Source: Haplodiscus bocki (Eukaryota). Taken from it: DNA of 64,000 nucleotides. The notes under the pieces were generated by a model. It was given only the letters and a program-made list of their open reading frames with translations. It ran no database searches and was not told the origin of the DNA. The translations under genes and the position numbers were made by a program. Below, piece after piece: positions 35,150-48,940 of this stretch (position 1 is its first letter; every line of letters begins with the position of its first letter). Location of the stretch: assembly GCA_965655095.1 (NCBI GenBank), contig OZ296652.1, positions 71,362,001-71,426,000 of the forward strand, given 5' to 3'.

Positions 35150-38060
35150 TTGTCGTTTGTTTCACGAAACTCTCTGTCGAAAGCCTCATTCTTTTAGGAT
35201 AGTATTCGATTCGGGAATTTTTCATATTAGTTCATGCCTTAGATTCTTGATGCCGCGATTTGTCCAAAAACTGCCAATAATTTTGGTTCATCTCGATAAT
35301 CAAACTCAAGTTTTTCAGTATCTACAGGTTTAACTTTTTCCATCGAGGTTCAGTTGAATATTACAGACTTGTAGAGCAGTATTCGATTGAAAAATTTGTT
35401 TTTTGTTCCTTGCTTTAGAACTCTGATTTTCCCGATAATCCAAGGTGTTGTTCGTTCTGATTATTTTTTCTCTATTTTCAAAATCATACCTCTCAGTGCA
35501 TTCAGGCTATACTTCTTCGATCATGGTGTATTGAACGTTATAGACTTTTGGAGGAGTATTTTTTTATGAAACAATGCATTCTTTTGTTCTATGCAACAGA
35601 CTTTTGATGGTCCGATTTTCACAGAAAGTGCTCTTCATTCTGATTACGTATCTGGCTATTCAAACTTACGTTTCTCAGTCACAACCTGCTTGATATCTCT
35701 CATCAGGGTCTAAATATAAACTTCCTGATTCGAAATCGAATTCAACTGAATAAGTCACTTCTTTGCCTGAGGCTCATTATAATCCGATTTTTCCAAAAGC
35801 TGAAGGTCAATTTGATTAAATGCCTTCACCTGTAAACTCATATTTCCCAAAATCAACAAAAGTTATTTCCTCCACCAAGATTCAAACGACTGCTATTCAC
35901 TTGCAGAGGACTTTTGGATAAAAAAGTCATTCGTTTTCTCTCTTGCCTCACTTTCCTCATAGTCAGATTTGTTCAAAATTTTAGTTTTCGTTTTGCATGT
36001 ATATTTCTTTTTTCAAACTCATGCTTCTCAGTAAGTACTGGTTTGACTTTCTCAATCAATGTGTCGATTGGACGGTTCACAACCGTAGAGGAAGATTCGA
36101 CAGAAAAGTCTTTGACTTTGATCCTTGCATCAGGATTATGTTAATCTGCGATTTCTGAAGAAGTGTTCTTCAAAACGGTTCATCTTGCTTTTCAAATTTG
36201 TTTTTTTCAATTACTTCGATCATTTCCGTCAAAATCGCAACAAAATGTTTCACTTCCCAGAACAGCCATCACTTTAAAAAATTTTGATCTTCTCTCGCGC
36301 TTCAGAACCTTGATAGTCCCAAACTTCCAAAAAGTGCTATTTTTATTTTTTCTTTATCTCGATATCTGAAATTCATAGATCTCAGTCACTCCACGTTTGA
36401 CTTTTCCATCGGAATCTCAATCAATTCTTTAACAAATGTAGAGCAAGATTCGAGTGAGAAAACATGTCTTTGATTTTTGGTTCCGATTTTTGTTAATACC
36501 AAAAATCCCAAACGAAAACGTTTTTTATGTTGAATCTTTTCGATATCCAAACTCAAATTTTTAAGTTAGTAAGGGTTTCAATTGTTCCATCAACGTGTCA
36601 ATCAATGAATTTGCACTTGTAAAGCAACATATTATAGTCGAAGAAAATTTTACTTTGTTCCCTGACTCAGAATCTTGAGTGACCGAAAAAAACAAGACAG
36701 TGTTATGAATATTCATTCATTTTGATAGTCAAGCACAGACTCCTCGGTAATTATAAGTTTGACACCTCCAAAAAAAGTTTTCTCGTACTTTTTTCACTTG
36801 TAGAGGAGGGTTGTATTCAAAAGACATACAATTTTTCCTTGCCGCAGAATCGTGAATGTCACATAATTCTGACGTGTTACTACTCATTTTGAATAATTGT
36901 CTCGCTATTCAAACGCGTACTTCTCAATTGATATAGGTTTAAATTTCTCTCTCAAAATCTGCATCGAACGTGTGACAATTTTAAAAGAGGTTTTAATCGA
37001 AAAAATATCTTTTTGATCTCTGGTTCCGGATCTTGATAGTCCGAGAACTCCAAAGCTGTTAATCGCAATAAATAATTATCTCGACATTCAAACTAACAAT
37101 TCTCGAAACTACAAGTCTGATTTTCGCTATCAAGGTGTCAATAGAACGCTTTACACTTGTATCAGTAGATTCAATTGAAAAAGTTACTTCTTTGATCCAT
37201 ATTTTTATTCCTCACTAACTGCACGTGTGAATATTTGCATCAAAATTCACTCGCATGGTTAACGGTTACAGAGGAACATTCGATTGAAAAGGCGTTCATA
37301 TTTTTTGTTGCTTCAGCATCTTGATAGTCGGGATGCTCCAATTTTTGCGATTCTTTTTGATTATTAATCCCGTATTCAAATCAGACTTCTCAGAAACAAA
37401 TGTTTTGACATCTTTCATCGAAGCTCAAACGAGTTTTTTGTTTTTCACAGGAGTTTTTCAAAGAGTTATCATTTTTTGTTCTGCTGGCCTCAGAATATTC
37501 ATATTGCGAACATTCGATAAAATATACTTACATAGATTAATCGTGCGGTAGTCAATTTCATAATCCTTTGCGACTACAGGTTTTATATTCTCCGTCAAGG
37601 ACCCATACGAGTTTTTTACACTATAATACTGGACTTCGATTGAAAAACTCTTTGTTTTGATCCACGCATAACATCCATTATAAGTGTCTTTTTCCAAAAA
37701 GTGCAATTCCTCCGAAAGTTTCCATTCGCTTTGTTTCATCCCAAGTATCAAACATTTTTTGTCCGTAACTAGAGGCCTAATTTCTCCTATCAAGGTCTCA
37801 ACCAAAAAATCTATCCTCAGAAAAATTTTCATTTACAAAATTATCTATTCTGTTTTTTGCAGTGACATCAAATTGGATTAACTTTGCACAAATTTTTTTT
37901 AAATATGATTTGTCTCCGAATTCAAACTGAATTTTCTCCGCACTTCAAACTAGAATTCTTCCATCAAGTTCTCAATCAACGACTTTTAAGATCTGTTGGG
38001 TCATTGAAATTATCAAATGATTGATTTTGTTCCGTGCTTCGAAGCTTAATTATTTCAAAA
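35150..38060. repeat. Degenerate tandem satellite, period ~180 bp
   Basis: Motif TTTTCTCCATCAAGG.TCTCAATC...CACTTGTAGAGCA.GATTCGATTGAAAA recurs near 35340, 35520, 35697, 35870, 36052, 36225, 36405, 36587, 36947, 37127, 37413, 37592, 37785 and 37960. Confidence 0.7.
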
Positions 38061-38129
38061 AGGCGAGAGGCTTGTCAATAATTTTTGTCAATTTTCCGAT
38101 GATCTAACTTCAAACTGTAGCTTACGTGA

Positions 38130-38830
38130 TGGGCTCCACTTTGGCATATTACAAAAGCTACATCTTCTTTTTTGTGTTTTTTTGGTAAGGCACAGTATCT
38201 CCGGAAGCTTTTGTATTATTCTTTGTATTGCTTCTCTTTTTGTTCTTAATCTTTTCTGGTGTTAGTGGGTCCAGTGCGGTGTTTTTCCTATTCCGGAGAT
38301 TTGTATTTTGTTGCCGCAGTTTTTGAGAAATCTAAGTCTTTCTCCTGCATCAGTCTAGATCCTAACTTTTATGTTAACCGTGAATTTCGATATAACAAGT
38401 TCTTCGCTGGAAAGTGGCAACTCGCATTCCTTTCCAATGTCAATTGTTTTCTCCGAATGGTCTTCGGGAATTTCACCTTAGATTTTTTGACGCAAAATAG
38501 TTTCCTCGGCTATTGTACTTGGTTCGTTTCGATCGCTAATATCTGCTTTGGAGTTACATTATTTTGTTCACTTTTTTCTGAGGATCTATGAGCCATTACA
38601 CTCTTGTTTTTTTTCTGTAGTGCTTCGGAGCCTATTGCGTTTAAAAAAATCGTTGGCATTTATCCTTCTTTTTCGGTACTAGCTACTCCGGTTAATTCTT
38701 CTCCTATATTCAATGGTTCATTATTTACTCTCTGTAACCTTTTCATAAATTGCTTCAATCTGTGTAGTCATGATTTGTTTGTGTATATCTTTATTCCATC
38801 GGTGTCTTTGTTTTCCAGGCATGGTAACTT
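38130..38830 (-). mobile_element. gag: Decayed gypsy gag fragment
   Basis: Minus-strand AIGSEAL, EIPED...IDIGKECEL...EELVISKF, RLMQEK and CSFCNMPKWSP (knuckle-like). Confidence 0.5.
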
Positions 38831-41031
38831 CGTTTTATTTTCCGTATTTTTCCATGATTTATGGGGTCTCAATAACTTGAATAACTTCAACAAATTAAGA
38901 ATACTGCTTAGTGCGCTATGTTATCTTTTTGGGTAAAAACATCAGAGATCATGAGAGTAACATAAATGTTTTGTAACCTGTAACTGTTGTACAACAAATT
39001 CTGCAGAAATACGGTTACAATTTCGAATCTTTTTTGGCAGGTATCAAGTTCGGTTATGCAACGCCGTATAATTGGTTTCTCTTTTCGGTTATGTCATGTA
39101 GTAGCGTATCAAATAGTAACTTGTCATGTTTTCTGTCAAGTTCAATTTTTCTAAATTAGCATATTTTTTTTAAGTTTTCTTTATGAATCCTAACTTTTTC
39201 CCGGACGTAGATTTTATACTGCACTTTGCAAGCATTCTCAGCGAAACAAAATGATGAAAACTGAGCGTCTTGTATGCATTATTTATGCCTTGATCGTTCT
39301 TTATATGTCCTTTAGCTAAAATTTTTAGAACGTGCAGTAGAAAGACCCTTTCAGTGACAAGTTGAGCTTTTCTGGGATTTTTTTGGAAAAAACGCAAACA
39401 AGGCTGTAAAACTTCCAGTTATTTTTCTGACACATTAAAAATAGTTTCGTTTATTATACTTAGTATACTTTAGGACATATATTGACTGTAAAACAAGAAA
39501 AAAATTCAAAACTTTTTTTGGTTTGCGCCCTCTCAACGCTACTACCGTAGGTCCAGCCAGTTCTCCCGCGCAGCTTCCAAACAAAATTGAGTTTTTCAAA
39601 TATCATCAACTGCTATCGTTGGTCAAATAGTTAATTGACTTCAGTTAATCAACTTTAGTGAACGGGCTTTACTTCACGAGCAGTATCTAAAAATTCGAAA
39701 ATTCTTGTTACGTTTGTAATGATTCGAGCGTTATTCCTAAAATGCTAAATTTTTTTACCTGAAAGATCTTGCCGATTATTTCCTTATCTTGACAGGAGTA
39801 TTTTATGGAGCAGAAGTAAAAAGCGATAGAAACATCTGAAAAATTAGTTGATTAGGCTTGTAAAATTTGCAGCAACGACTTCAGTCTGCAATAATCTCAA
39901 ATGGCACTTCTGTTCACATCTGCAGATTTGGTAGAAAGTAACCGGTCCTCTGCCAAATAAATGACTCGTAGCAATACTTGACAATAAGAGAAAATATTAT
40001 GGTTATACCATGATCCGGGCAAGATTATGGCTTTCATGCTCTTAACATCATGTTAATACGCATCAATGGTCAACTCGGGTTATGCTTACAAGAATGTATA
40101 ATGAATCTCGACCGGAAGCTTCATTGAAAAAGTTGTCTAGTGGGCTTATAGTGGCCTTCTTCCTGGGTGTTCTGAGATATTGATAAAAAACCCTTCTGTG
40201 AGAGTGATCTATAGAAAATTCTGGATATAACAAGCCAATACTTGTTTGACCTTTTTTTTACAATTTGATTAATTCCGAACTCGTCATTTCATCAACTGAA
40301 TTCGTCGCTTGGCTTGTTGAGCATATTTCTTGCTGACAAGCTGCAGTAGCATTAGACTGACCATGACTGCTGTCTCAAAAATCAACAAACGAGGTGGGAT
40401 AGATAGAAATGCCTCAATCTAAATGATTAATCACTTCAAAATTAGATGATATATACTGTGGTGTGATAAGTTTACTAATGGTGGAAATCTCCCTTTTTTG
40501 AAGCTCAATTACTCCGAAGCAAACAAGAATATCGAGGATTTATTCAGTTTAGTTCATTTTGTTTAGCTTATTATCAGTTTATTTTTCTTAAAATTCCATC
40601 TTGTTTACAAGGCTTTTTGTTTGGAAATCTTGACATCATTTGTTCGAAAGATCCTAACAATCATTTCGACCAATTTTGACCGTAAGTTTATGCAAAAATC
40701 CGAACATCCGTCGAATAGGTGACAAGATGTTGGGCTTTGACCAAACATTTTCGACTTGAAAATGTAACGAGAAAATATTGTCTCTGGATTTTCCGTTGTT
40801 TAGCGTCTGAAAAGGTTTCGCTCCGGTCGCTTCGAAAAGATCGAAGAATGACCACATTGTTGACGAATTGGAAATTCTAGAGCAAATTCAATCGTTGAAC
40901 ATTAAGTTTTACATGTTGCCAGCGGAAAAATGCGTCGTTGAACGGGACATGGGACAAAAAGCTGTATAACGGGACGATCCCGGTGTGAGTGGGACTTCTG
41001 GGCAGCCTAAGTGGCATTAGATTTTGCGATA

Positions 41032-42011
41032 CCCAGGTTGCCCACTAATGGAAATTCATGGAAAATTATCCATGATTATAAATATCTCAAGGATAAAAGC
41101 GCTCAAACACGGATATTCATGGATGTCAATTCAACCGTGGATAATCATGCATGGGAAAATCCATTAATGGATGCCAATCCATGGCATGTTAAAAAAATTT
41201 CTTTCGGGTTGAAAAAAAATCATTCTTATTTTCTAATTTTTCTTCATCCATGAATTATCCATGATGCATCCATGACGATCCATTTTTTAAGTGTAGTAAC
41301 GCTTGTAAAATTATAACGTAGTCAACAAGATATTTTCCTGTTGAAAATACTCAATGTTATTGAATAAATGATCCGTGGCTTTCAAATAATGAATCAGCGC
41401 CATCAGCAGTATCCAGCAACTTGAAAGGGAAAGTTAGGAAGAAACAGAGATCGTTTCTCAGAGGAAATGCTGCAAAAACAATTGAATGCCGAGTTTATTG
41501 GGTAAGATTTGTAAAAGACCTGAAACTTTCTGAAAGATTTGCATTTAAAATCACACGTCTAGCAATCACTTCTAGATTTTGCATCTTTCAGTTTTAACAA
41601 AATTTGACAAATTTTGAGTCGATTCTGACTAATGTTTGGAAAAACTGAGAATTGTCAAGAGAAAAATTTAGTGTCATTTGTTGAAGATATTTGTTGCTGT
41701 CTACGTTCTCGACTGTTCAAATTTTGTTAAAAGAACGAAATTTCTTTTTTACGAATATAATTTATGAGCAATTTACTATGTGGGAATTACCCGACCTCTT
41801 CAAGGAAAATTCATTACGTTGCAGTGTTTTTCACCCTCCAGTGAGTGCAGCCGAATTCATCCAATAACTTCTTAAAAATTCATGGATCATCATCCATGAA
41901 TCATCCATTATGTATTTCAAAGCATGGATGAATAATGTAATGATCATTGGCATAGCAATCTATGGGTCATGGTTGAATCATGGATGACGATGCATGAGAC
42001 GTCAACGTGGG
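41032..42011. mobile_element. MITE-like element with CATGGA/TCCATG sub-repeats
   Basis: Termini CCCAGGTTG / CAACGTGGG; dense CATG motifs in both arms. Confidence 0.55.
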
Positions 42012-43014
42012 TCATCATCATTAACTGGCGTCAATGCAAAAACGGAGGAGATTAAAATAGCTAACTTTGTGCTGATTTGTTGACGTGCTTCAGAAAATAA
42101 TCAACTGCAATTTTTTCATTGTTCTAGTTTTTTGAATTTCGTCACATTTACGCAGCAAATTACCGGGTACAGATGATTAGTGTTTCTTTTTTTTCAATTT
42201 TAGTGCACATGATTGAGATAATCTCTAAGACCAGCAAGAAAACTAAGCAGTTTTAGAGAGCCGTCTCGACTCGAACAATGATCTGGAACTAAACAGTTAA
42301 CTAAGTTCCATTTGTTCTATCTTTATAAAAAGTGGCACTTATCCACTCTGCGACATGAAATCGGAGCTTATCCGTAAAAAATTTCCTTTCATTCACTGGA
42401 AAAAAGAATAGCCTCAAGAAATACACTAATTTGCGGCATGAGCTTCAAACCGGCAGAAAAAGTAAATAAATCTCGTTTTTGTCAAACTTAACAAAAAAGC
42501 GGCTGATTTCAGGGAAAATTGATGAAATTTCGAGTGTTTTTTTGCGTTATTGAACATTTTAGGACTGGAATGGACGAAATTCACTCACCAATTTCTGGCT
42601 TCAGCAAATGATTGAGTTGCAGAATGTTATCATCAACATGAAATGTTTTAGCAGTTTAGTTTGAATTTTATTTTCAAAAGATAAGATTAGTTGCGATAAG
42701 GAGGTACGTCAGAGCAATCCAAATCATATCACATAGGTTGAAGCAAGATCCACTATAAACATTTAGGGGCATCCAGGGATAGCCGTCGGTGATCCGCGAC
42801 AGTTCCAAACAAAACCACGTCACATTTTTTGTTCTGAGAAAACTTCCGGTTTTCTTGAGCTGCACAATTTGAATTAACTCAAAAACTTTGCCCATTCTTT
42901 TTTTCTCGAATTTCCAGAAATTCGCTTGTTTGAGTTCGAGGAATTGGATCAGCGATCCAGATGGTGAAATGTTTTTCAAATTTTGAAAGTTTGCTCAAGT
43001 GACGTGGGACTCAT

Positions 43015-43598
43015 TGTCAGACCGGCTGCCACTACCTCATGATGAGCTATCAGCTCTGGAGCAGGCGGTGTCTTTGTGACGTCTGTTCACCTGCTCATTT
43101 CCGAGTTCACGCATGAACTCACAGAGGTGCGCTATTTGTTGTGACAGGAGATCAGTAACTGCTTTGATTTTTTGGGCAACTTCCTCAGACGTGACGGATA
43201 CGCTCGGTGAAGTTTCTATTTCGTGATCTGACACTCTTCCCAGGGTAATTCCCATCAAACTAGCAATCTTGGCGCTTCTATCTATATCGTCAGTTTCAAC
43301 TGCTACGGTTCTTTTCATATATTGGAAAACGAGCTGAGGTTAGTATATTAGTCGTTAATTTTAGTAGGGCTACTGTGAAATTGAACAGTAGAAATGTAAG
43401 TTATTTACAAATGTAAATTGAAAAGAATCAGAGTTTTTTCGAGGCGGATATGACGTTATCGTGACCAGCTCTTCTGCCTTTCACTATCGACAAAAGTGTT
43501 GTTGCGTCAATTTTCCGGTCTGTGTGCCCATTTACTCGCACTAATTGGTCACGTGACCGTGTTTCTGGCTCGTGGTTGACTGCTGGTCTTCACACCTA
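43015..43598 (-). mobile_element. Probable solo LTR carrying a gag-like N-terminal ORF, interrupted by the Polinton (remainder 61380-61398)
   Basis: Rejoined minus strand begins TGTTGAGTAT (61398) and ends TCTGACA (43015). ORF 43318-43037 (SEEVAQKIKAVTDLLSQQIAHLCEFMREL) is coiled-coil and gag-like. No clean TSD. Confidence 0.45.
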
Positions 43599-43810
43599 AG
43601 CAGTGTGCAAAAAGGCATCGACCCCAAAAGAAGCGGACGAAGCAAAAATCAAGTAAAAAAATAATGAAAATTAAAGTATGCCAATGGGGGTACACAGGAA
43701 AAAAAATTTAATTATAAAAAATTTTCATTTCATTTATATATCAATGGGGGTGCACAGGAAAGAAAATTGAATTTTGTACAAAAAATTTTGAATAGTTTTA
43801 TCAATGGGGG
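43599..43810 (+). repeat. Polinton left TIR
   Basis: Reverse complement of 61168-61379; three CAATGGGGG(TACACAGGAA) units at 60-bp spacing. Confidence 0.9.
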
Positions 43811-44119
43811 TTCGTTTAGTAATGCACACATAGCCATGCTCGTGTTCAATAAAATATTAGTCTCAGGTATAATAACATGTAAGTCCACATTTACACAAAC
43901 ATAGCACCTGCCTTTTTATGTACACGCGAGATTGAAAAATTAATTTGAGCACGTGTGAAATTTGGATGTTGTGCGTTTCGAGGTAATTGTAAGCTGATGG
44001 CAAACCAATACTACACCTATGCTTGGTTGAAAGGTATGTTTTCTCAGAAACATGTTTACTGTCAGTTTTACTAGCATGATAACTAACACTTAGTTTTTAA
44101 AGAATATCTCCAAGACTAC

Positions 44120-44366
44120 ATACTTGATTTATGTCAAAGAAAAGTTGAAAATTAAAAATTAAAAAAAAAATAAAAATTAAAAATTGAAAACTCAAAATTA
44201 AAAATTAAAAAATATGAACTTACCATCTTACCACAGCAAAAACAGGACTCTGTCATTTTTCAAGTTTTAATTTTAGTTTTTAGTTTTTAATTTTAAATTT
44301 TTAATTTTCAATTTTTTTAATTTTTAATTTTTAATTCTAAGGTGTACTTTCAAATAAAAATCAAGT
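44120..44366. repeat. Imperfect hairpin with (AAAAATT)n / (AATTTTT)n arms
   Basis: Arms ~44147-44212 and ~44256-44338, flanked by ACTTGATT / AATCAAGT. Confidence 0.7.
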
Positions 44367-45479
44367 CAAACTACAACATTAATTTAAAAAATCATGTTTT
44401 TTTATACTATGTCAACGGGGCAGCACAGGAAAAGTAAAAAATTTCAAAAGTGTCTTCTTCAAAAATAAGACATGATCGTACAACATTAAAAATATAACAT
44501 ACACATTCTTATAAAATGAAAATCAGGAAAAACTATAAAACCAGTTTGAGCATGTGCAAGTTTTGAAATTGGCGCCTTCCTAGGTATGTGTTCGCTCACG
44601 ACAAAACAATATATGAATTTCAACATTTCACCAAGCATTTAGTGCATTTCTTTAGTTCCAATTCAGACGCCATGAACGCCAAAATTACGTCGAATATAAA
44701 CCTACCAAAGAAACTAAAGAAACTCGGATCTTGACAGGAGACTGTTTTGGCTGGTGTAGCAGATTATTTGACGGAGGAAGAGAAGTCAAATATTACACTC
44801 ACACTAAGCAAAATGACCAGCTCTCTTATAACATCAACATAGAAGAAGAAGATAGACCTTCCACCCAAAATACTACAGAGACCCCAACATTTGAGGTCTT
44901 TGTCACATTATTCAAACACGAGATTCGTGCATATAAGGAGTCAGACAAAATGGCCTGCTAAATGTTTTTCACGGTGGACAAATTCCGATTCAAGACGGTT
45001 CTATATCAAAACTTTGATCCGATGTATTACCAACGATACATCACAGCACTAAAAATGTTTGAAAATCAAACCAATCGAGTTTTGCTGTTTCTTGAAGCAA
45101 ACCGAGGTTTCATTTATTCATAAATGCGAGAAGATTGTTTGCAGAAAAATATCACATGAAAAGAATATATCACGGTACGAAAACTATCGTACACGACAGT
45201 CAGCAACCATTTTCAGTTTCTTGAGCTTGTTGCAGAGTTTCCCAGAGTGCTCGTATCTAACGCAACTAAAAAAGAATGGTTCAAGTTCTTGAAACAATTC
45301 AAAGATGTGATACAAGATGACGACAGCATGAAAACGAGGCTCTCGGCAAATCTAAAGGAATTTGTGGAGGAGAACAGTTTATTCGAAGACGTTGGTGAAA
45401 ATTTTAAGATCTGTTCTCCACCCTAATTTATGTGTCATATGAAATATGTAAGTTTTATAGAAGTTAATCTGGGGGTATA

Positions 45480-45762
45480 TATATTATACTATAACTCCAC
45501 ATGTTGTAAAATCCGTTTAGGCGAGATTTATACATTATAACATTTGTTTACATGTTTAAGGAATCGTTAACTGAGCTTTAACCATTATAGCATATCTCCA
45601 CACGTTTAAGGAAGCGTTAGCTGATCCTTCCACATTATACCTTATCTCTACATGTTTAAGGCACCGTTAACTGTTTTTTATACATTATAGCATATCTTCA
45701 GGTGTTTTAAGATCAGTTGAAGCGAGATTTATACATTATACTACATCTTTACTTGTTTAAAG
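45480..45762. repeat. 50-bp tandem repeat, ~6 diverged copies
   Basis: (C)ATTATA...CATGTTTAAGG..CGTTAACTGA at 45484, 45533, 45583, 45633, 45683 and 45734. Confidence 0.85.
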
Positions 45763-46622
45763 ATAGGACATACCATCTTACCATGGTGAAAGTTGATATT
45801 CGGCGGTTCGATACCAATCGATATATCATACCATAATTAGTATACTCTAAAAGGTTCAGCTTCATAGATATCATAGTTTTCAATAAAAAAAAATTTGAGA
45901 AAGATCAAGGGACTAAAAGCCAATTAGAACCACTCAAGTCGAAACTTTCTTTCATTTCTCCATGGTATAAACAGATCAAGAAATCAATGAATTTCTGAGT
46001 CACAGAAAAGTATAATTTATCATAAAAAAGGTCCTAATAATTCGACGATTATCTATTCAAAAACATTAACTGAAACGTTACTATTGAAAAAAACGCGAAA
46101 ACGATAAAACTATACCCTGAAACTTGGTATGTCAATGAAAAGTTCCTGATATTGATGACATAATTTATATCGTTGAAAAGGTCAAGAAAGACTCTATTCA
46201 ATGATAACATTTTCTGAATCGTTGACTAAAATGATCAAAGATGATAAAATGATCAAATAGATTTACATAAAAGATGTCAAATATGATAAAACGATTGAAC
46301 ACAAACTAATGTTCAATTACAAGCTCAATAGTATCAACAAATTGTTTAGAACTAACCAAATAAAAAATAAATTCCCGTAGTGAGTTTGTTTTTTCTAATT
46401 GAAAATCTAATTTTTTAGCCAGAATTAATATCTTCATTTCATCAATCATATTTAGAGCTTCAATCAATTTTAATACATTGTAAACTTCAAATTCAATAAC
46501 GAATCGTAGTTTTACACTTCGTCATTATTTGTATTATCAGTAAAATCAAGCTCGTTTATAGAACAAAAGACATCTTTCATTGTCTCTATTTGTATGCATA
46601 GAAAACGATAAATTTATAATAA

Positions 46623-47163
46623 TCAAACACGATAACTTTCAAATATTCTATTCAAAGGATGTGTCCAATTTCGATTTGATTTGTTCATCAAAGTTTTGTT
46701 TTTGTTAGTCATAGCGTATAGTTTCCATTCTAGAGCAAACATATTGCGGTTGATATAGATATCATATGTCATATACAATATATTAGAAAATGTTATAATT
46801 TTCATTTCTGCTAGATGATTGAAATTCTAACCCTTATTTTTAGAATCATTGGTTACATTTTCTAAAAATTTATACCAATAACACATTGTATTTTTATCAG
46901 ATAATTCCGACGTGATATATGGACAATATTCATAATCATTAAAAACTAATTCGAATTGGCATTTCCTGAGAAAGTAATCGAACTTTTTTTTATATTCAGT
47001 AATGAATGAATTATACTATTTACCTCCTTTCTGTTAGGATTTTCAATAGTTAATATTATATGTTCACAATTGACGAATTCTTTATCAAAATTCAGTTTAA
47101 AATGTTTATATCTCCTCTTAGATTTGATTTATTTATCACATATTTCACAATAGTAATCCAGTT
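46623..47163 (-). pseudogene. Polinton zinc-finger-like protein, disrupted
   Basis: YYCEICDK*IKSKRRYKHF...KKKFDYFLRKCQFELVFND...MTYDIYINRNMFALEWKL. Confidence 0.6.
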
Positions 47164-47316
47164 AAATAGAGTTTTTGTCAAAAAAATGAACATTAAAACG
47201 AATTTAATTGAAGAATACGTCAACTTTGTCAATACCACAAAGAAAATAAATATTTTAAAATAATTTTTTCAATTGCATTTAATATAGCTTTGTTTATTTT
47301 ATTTTATTTAAATATC

Positions 47317-47662
47317 TAAACGGATAATACTTTTTCTCTAGATCGAAATACATAAAACTGGAAATCTCAAGGCTGAATTTAGAATGAGGCTATACAACTT
47401 AGATAAGATGGCGAAATTTGCGGAAATCAAATCTACCAACCCTGAATTAAAGCAATCTCAAATAGCCAATTTATTGGAATTATCATCTTCTACGATACAA
47501 CGATATAAAAGAGAAATAGTTATGCTTTCACCTTATAGGATACCACCATCAAGAATCAGTCTTACAAGAAAACGAAAGACACCAAACACGAATTTTGATG
47601 ATGTTGAGGTGACCTCAAATGACCTTAAAATGACCTCAAATGACCTCAAGCGAATCAGTTAA
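47317..47662 (+). pseudogene. Helix-turn-helix DNA-binding protein
   Basis: LKQSQIANLLELSSSTIQRYKR is a classic HTH pattern. Confidence 0.65.
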
Positions 47663-47749
47663 ACCTATGAAAAACAAATTGAAAGGTGGTGCAAAAATTG
47701 AAATTAACAAAATTATCTAGATGAAGTCATCCATAGTAAATACCGTAAA

Positions 47750-48530
47750 ATGGATTCAGCTATACAACATATTTCTAATGATAGAACAGTAAGAAACGAT
47801 ACAATGGTTGATATAAAAGAATTCAACAATCAATCTTTATCAACACAAGCTAAAAAAGGAGAACAATTAGTTTCCATGATGCCTGCTATTAAAAAACGTT
47901 TAAATTATTAGGTGATGATATCGTGGATTTATCTACAGAAAATGTTGCCCTAAAGATTAAAATAGGCTCCTACGATGAAAAATGGTTAGAAGTATCTAAG
48001 GCAAAACAGTTAAAACGGATCGATATTGAGAAAACAGCAAAATTAGTTATGTGTAGATTGAAAAAACAGATGAAAAAACATTGAATAAATGGCGTATATA
48101 TATTATAATAATTTATGGGAAAGCAAGTTTCATAATTTTTTTTCTAAAAGGGATAAGCTTCAACATTTGAAAATTAATCAACTGAAACTGGAGGTACATG
48201 ATACTTACAAAAATGATGAAAAAATAACAACAAAATTTGAAGCTGTTGATGATGAAGATGTTATAAACAAAGCTTATTTAGCCAAAAAATAGTAAAAATA
48301 GGCGGTCATGTTTCATATAAAGAAAAATATTATACCGAATATAAATTACAATACAACAAATAGTCTGTAGAAGAAATTTTAATTCAAAGAGCTGTGAAGA
48401 CGACGATACAAATAAATAATGAAAATGTTTATTTGATAATTATTAATTTGCTGATGAAGTTTTAAAAAAGTTTTCTGTTTGTTACAAGGCGTACAACTGA
48501 TTTAGAGGAAGAAAATGATGATGTTGTTCA
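47750..48530 (+). pseudogene. Two Polinton proteins of unknown function (start ~47750 and 48089)
   Basis: Coding-like broken frames; DDEDVINKAY motif in the second. Confidence 0.45.
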
Positions 48531-48940
48531 ATGATTTTATTCATAAATGTAAACCAAAAAATAAAGCAACATCAATTGTGGACATTAATCGAGTTCTTTC
48601 ATCTTTGTTTTGGATGATGTAGGACTCTATTTAAGATGTGGACCATTTGAATCTGAAATAGGAATCGGTAATTTGCATTCATCAAAAGGAACACATTGGG
48701 TTGCATACATAAACGAAAATTATTTTGATAGTTAAGGTTGTTCTCCTTCTCAAAAACTTTCTAAATTTGTTAAAAAAACGAAATAAACATTGTTTATCTT
48801 CTGAGAACAAAATACAAAATCCAACAATCAAAAAAGATTCCTACTGTGCAAGTTTTTGTTTTTATATAATTTACCTGCCAAAAGTCTTGGGAAGGGATTT
48901 TAAATCTGCTGTTTTAAATTTATACTATCAGAGAATATAA
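48520..48940 (+). pseudogene. Adenain-like cysteine protease (PRO)
   Basis: NLHSSKGTHWVAY...YFDS*G (His, Asp), then after a frameshift KIQ...DSYCASFC (Gln, Cys). Confidence 0.88.

Noticed and set aside
40940-41010. GGGAC-rich hAT-like terminus (…GGGACTTCTGGGCAGCCTA)
   Set aside because: No matching opposite end or 8-bp TSD found by eye.
17060-42979. Numerous 60-125 aa ORFs in the central region as host genes
   Set aside because: Low-complexity F/K/L/S-rich translations of repeats, many with non-ATG starts; no domains or exon structure recognised.
45480-45762. 50-bp periodic array as a CRISPR array
   Set aside because: Whole units are diverged copies with no unique spacers, no cas genes, eukaryotic context.
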